A stretch of 64,000 nucleotides of DNA from the human T2T-CHM13v2.0 reference genome, Homo sapiens: NCBI RefSeq assembly GCF_009914755.1, contig NC_060928.1; one strand, given 5' to 3'. The translations under genes and the position numbers were made by a program. Under the pieces are notes generated by a model. That model did no database searches. It was given only the letters and a program-made list of their open reading frames with translations, and was not told the DNA's origin. Below, piece after piece: positions 61,641 to 64,000 of the stretch. The first letter of the stretch is position 1; each line of letters begins with the position of its first letter.

Positions 61641-63372
61641 ATAGATAGATACTGTGGACTTAAGTATTTATTAATTCAGTTCAATCAAATGCAGCAGGTT
61701 TAAGTTGTGTGCTAAAGCAAAATTTGCAGAGACCATCTTATATCCTGTTATTGGCAAAGTATTTCTGGCAGAAGTGGTGTAGTCATTTCCACATGTGGTC
61801 CCTGGTAACAGAGCATGAAGGACTTGGGGAGGGATTTATATAAATGGCTGAGTCCCATGAGCATAAACATCCATTGTGTTGTGTCTGAGGAATCTGTCAC
61901 TCTGAACAGCGGTGCCAGACTTCTGTTTGTGCTGGCACTCTTAGGAGACCCGAGTAAGCAAGCACTTCCTTACCTGGCATGCCTACGCGTGGAGTGTTTT
62001 TTGTCATTGGATTGTCAGACTTGAGTTTTTCTTATGTTGTAAATACGTAGGTGCTGTGAAGAAATTTTCACCCTGTGGGGAAAAAGTTTTGAATAGATGT
62101 AATCTCTTGATTCTCAATATTGCTTAAGATGAGTTCATCTCTCTTAGAACAAAGGCAATGAGAGGTTTGATGCCAGGAAAGTTGGGAGAGCTGGGCAATC
62201 TTAGAAAGAGACCTGGGCACTAAGAGGAATTTGCATCCAGGCAGTAGTTCCAGAATTGGCAAATCAGTATTATGTTTGTGTATATATTATATACACATCT
62301 TGGCAATGTAGAACAAGATAAGCTACATTTTATCTTCTAGAATTTGATAGCCAAAATCACAGGTCAGAATTTTAAAGTAAACAGTTTTACTATTTCCTCT
62401 TCTTGTAGATCTAAAAACAGTGTCCCTTTAAGTCATTCCTGGTGTTTCAGAGAGACCATCAGAGCATGGCTTTGTATCCACAAAAAAAAAAAAAAAGGCT
62501 TCAGAACTGGGGGCACTGGAAGACAAAGTAAATGCACATAAAGGTAATGCATTCTCAGAACATGTAGAAGGGGATGGTGAATTTATGTAGCTATTCCCCA
62601 TTTTACTCTTTCTAAACAGATATAAGACAGTACTAGCTGGTAGTATTTTTCCCTAAGAATTAAATGTTGTTTGTTTCATAAACCTATAATATTTTTATAG
62701 TTTGGCAGCAGTGACTTTGGAATGAAAGCCAACTTCAGATGCCAACTCTACCATTTTGAAACCGTGGAGACTTGTGCTAATTGTTTAATTTTTGAGCTTT
62801 GTTTATTTGTAAAATGTGTGGAACAGTACTTACCTCAAAGGCTGTTGAGATTATTAAACTGCTTATGAGAAAGCTTGCTACCTAGTAGGTGTTTGTTAAA
62901 TGTTAAATGTATTCAATGAATTAGGAAGTAATTTATATCCAAAATTTCAGTGCTAAAGTGCAGAAATAAATACAGGAAACAGTTGTTTGATTCCAGGTTA
63001 CTTGGGAATTTTGAAAAGGTGCTCCACTTGTTACTTTTCTTTAGCCTGTTACTTGATGTCCTTTTCCAGAGCACTTTAGAATAACTTGGCTCAGAGCACT
63101 GAATTTGGGGAATATTCAAGACTCCAAGAAATTAGTGCCCTCTAAAATAGCAGTTGAGTGGAGTCATGAGGTCTGAATTCATTTTTGTAATTATTTGCTG
63201 TTACAATTATATTATGAATACAAATAGCTACTATTTATTTCTGGCTACTGTGTGCCAGGGACTGTACTGAACACTTTATAAACATTATGTCACTTAATCC
63301 CTGTAGTACAGGCATTATGGTTCTCATTGTGCACATGAGAAAATGAGATACACTGTGTTAAGAAATAAGTCT

Positions 63373-63705
63373 GGCCCGGCATGGGCATGGTGGCTCACAC
63401 CTGTAATCCCAGCACTTTAGGTGGCAGAGGCGGACGGATCACGAGGTCAGGAGTTAGAGACCAGCCTAACCAACATGGTGAAACCCCATCTCTACTAAAA
63501 ATACAAAAATTAACTGGGCATGGTGGTGCGTGCCTGTAATCCCAGCTACTCAGGAGGCTGAGGCAGGAGAATCGCTTGAACCCAGGAGGTGGAGGTTGCA
63601 GTTAGCCAAGCCGAGCTGAGCCGAGATCGCGCCATTGCACTCCAGCCTGGGTGACAGAGTGAGACTCCACCTAAAAAAAAAAAAACAAAACAAAAAACAA
63701 AAAAC
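63373..63705 (+). mobile_element. AluS inserted in an antisense MIR (~63225-63750)
   Basis: Full Alu with small internal duplications (ggcatgggcatgg; gccaagccgagctgagccgag). MIR-like sequence lies on both sides. Confidence 0.93.
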
Positions 63706-63829
63706 GTCTAACCTAACCTTCCATAGCTGTTAAGATTTAAAAGCCAGGATAGTGCTGTCTCAGATGAGCATCTGTGATTTGCTACCTGTGTTAATCGGGA
63801 TGATAGCTTAGCTTTCTGAAATGCTAATA

Positions 63830-64000
63830 CAGGTTGAGTATCCCTTAATGGAAATGCTTGGGACCAGAAGTGTTATGAATTTCAATTTTTTTTGAGCTTT
63901 GAATATTTGCATTATGTGTAATAGTTGAGTATCCCACATCTGAAAATCTGAAATTCAAAATGCTCCAATGAGCATTTCCTTTGAATGTCATGTCAGCGCT
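63830..64000. mobile_element. Tigger4/MER46A-like DNA transposon (runs off the window)
   Basis: TA + caggttgagtatccctta...aaatgcttgggaccagaagtgtt...aaaatgctccaatgagcatttcctttga. Confidence 0.85.

Overview
This is primate, most likely human, genomic DNA lying inside a large + strand gene. Only two coding exons are supported (8929-9034 and 10585-10744). They splice in frame to give '(K)[88 protein letters not shown]', the C-terminal part of a GRAF-family RhoGAP domain, which I recognise as ARHGAP10 (GRAF2). The rest is intron (>53 kb after the second exon) packed with repeats. These include a near-full-length old L1 (L1PA16/17-like, 21563-30030) with nested LTR and Alus, a 3.9 kb 5'-truncated L1PA, solo LTRs (THE1, MST/MLT1, MER11, LTR17/HERV-W, MER68/77-like, MER74-like), many Alus, MIR/L2 relics and DNA-transposon relics. 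Almost all ORFs in the supplied track are spurious or L1/Alu-derived. I found no convincing novel biological system. The best leads are: (1) an unexplained ~170 bp local duplication in which one copy carries the MER11 LTR and the other shows the empty site; (2) a sense-oriented intact HERV-W solo LTR; (3) inverted Alus bracketing the two exons; (4) an unusual splice acceptor; (5) a MADE1-derived hairpin. Repeat subfamily names come from recalled consensus sequences, and boundaries of old elements are approximate.
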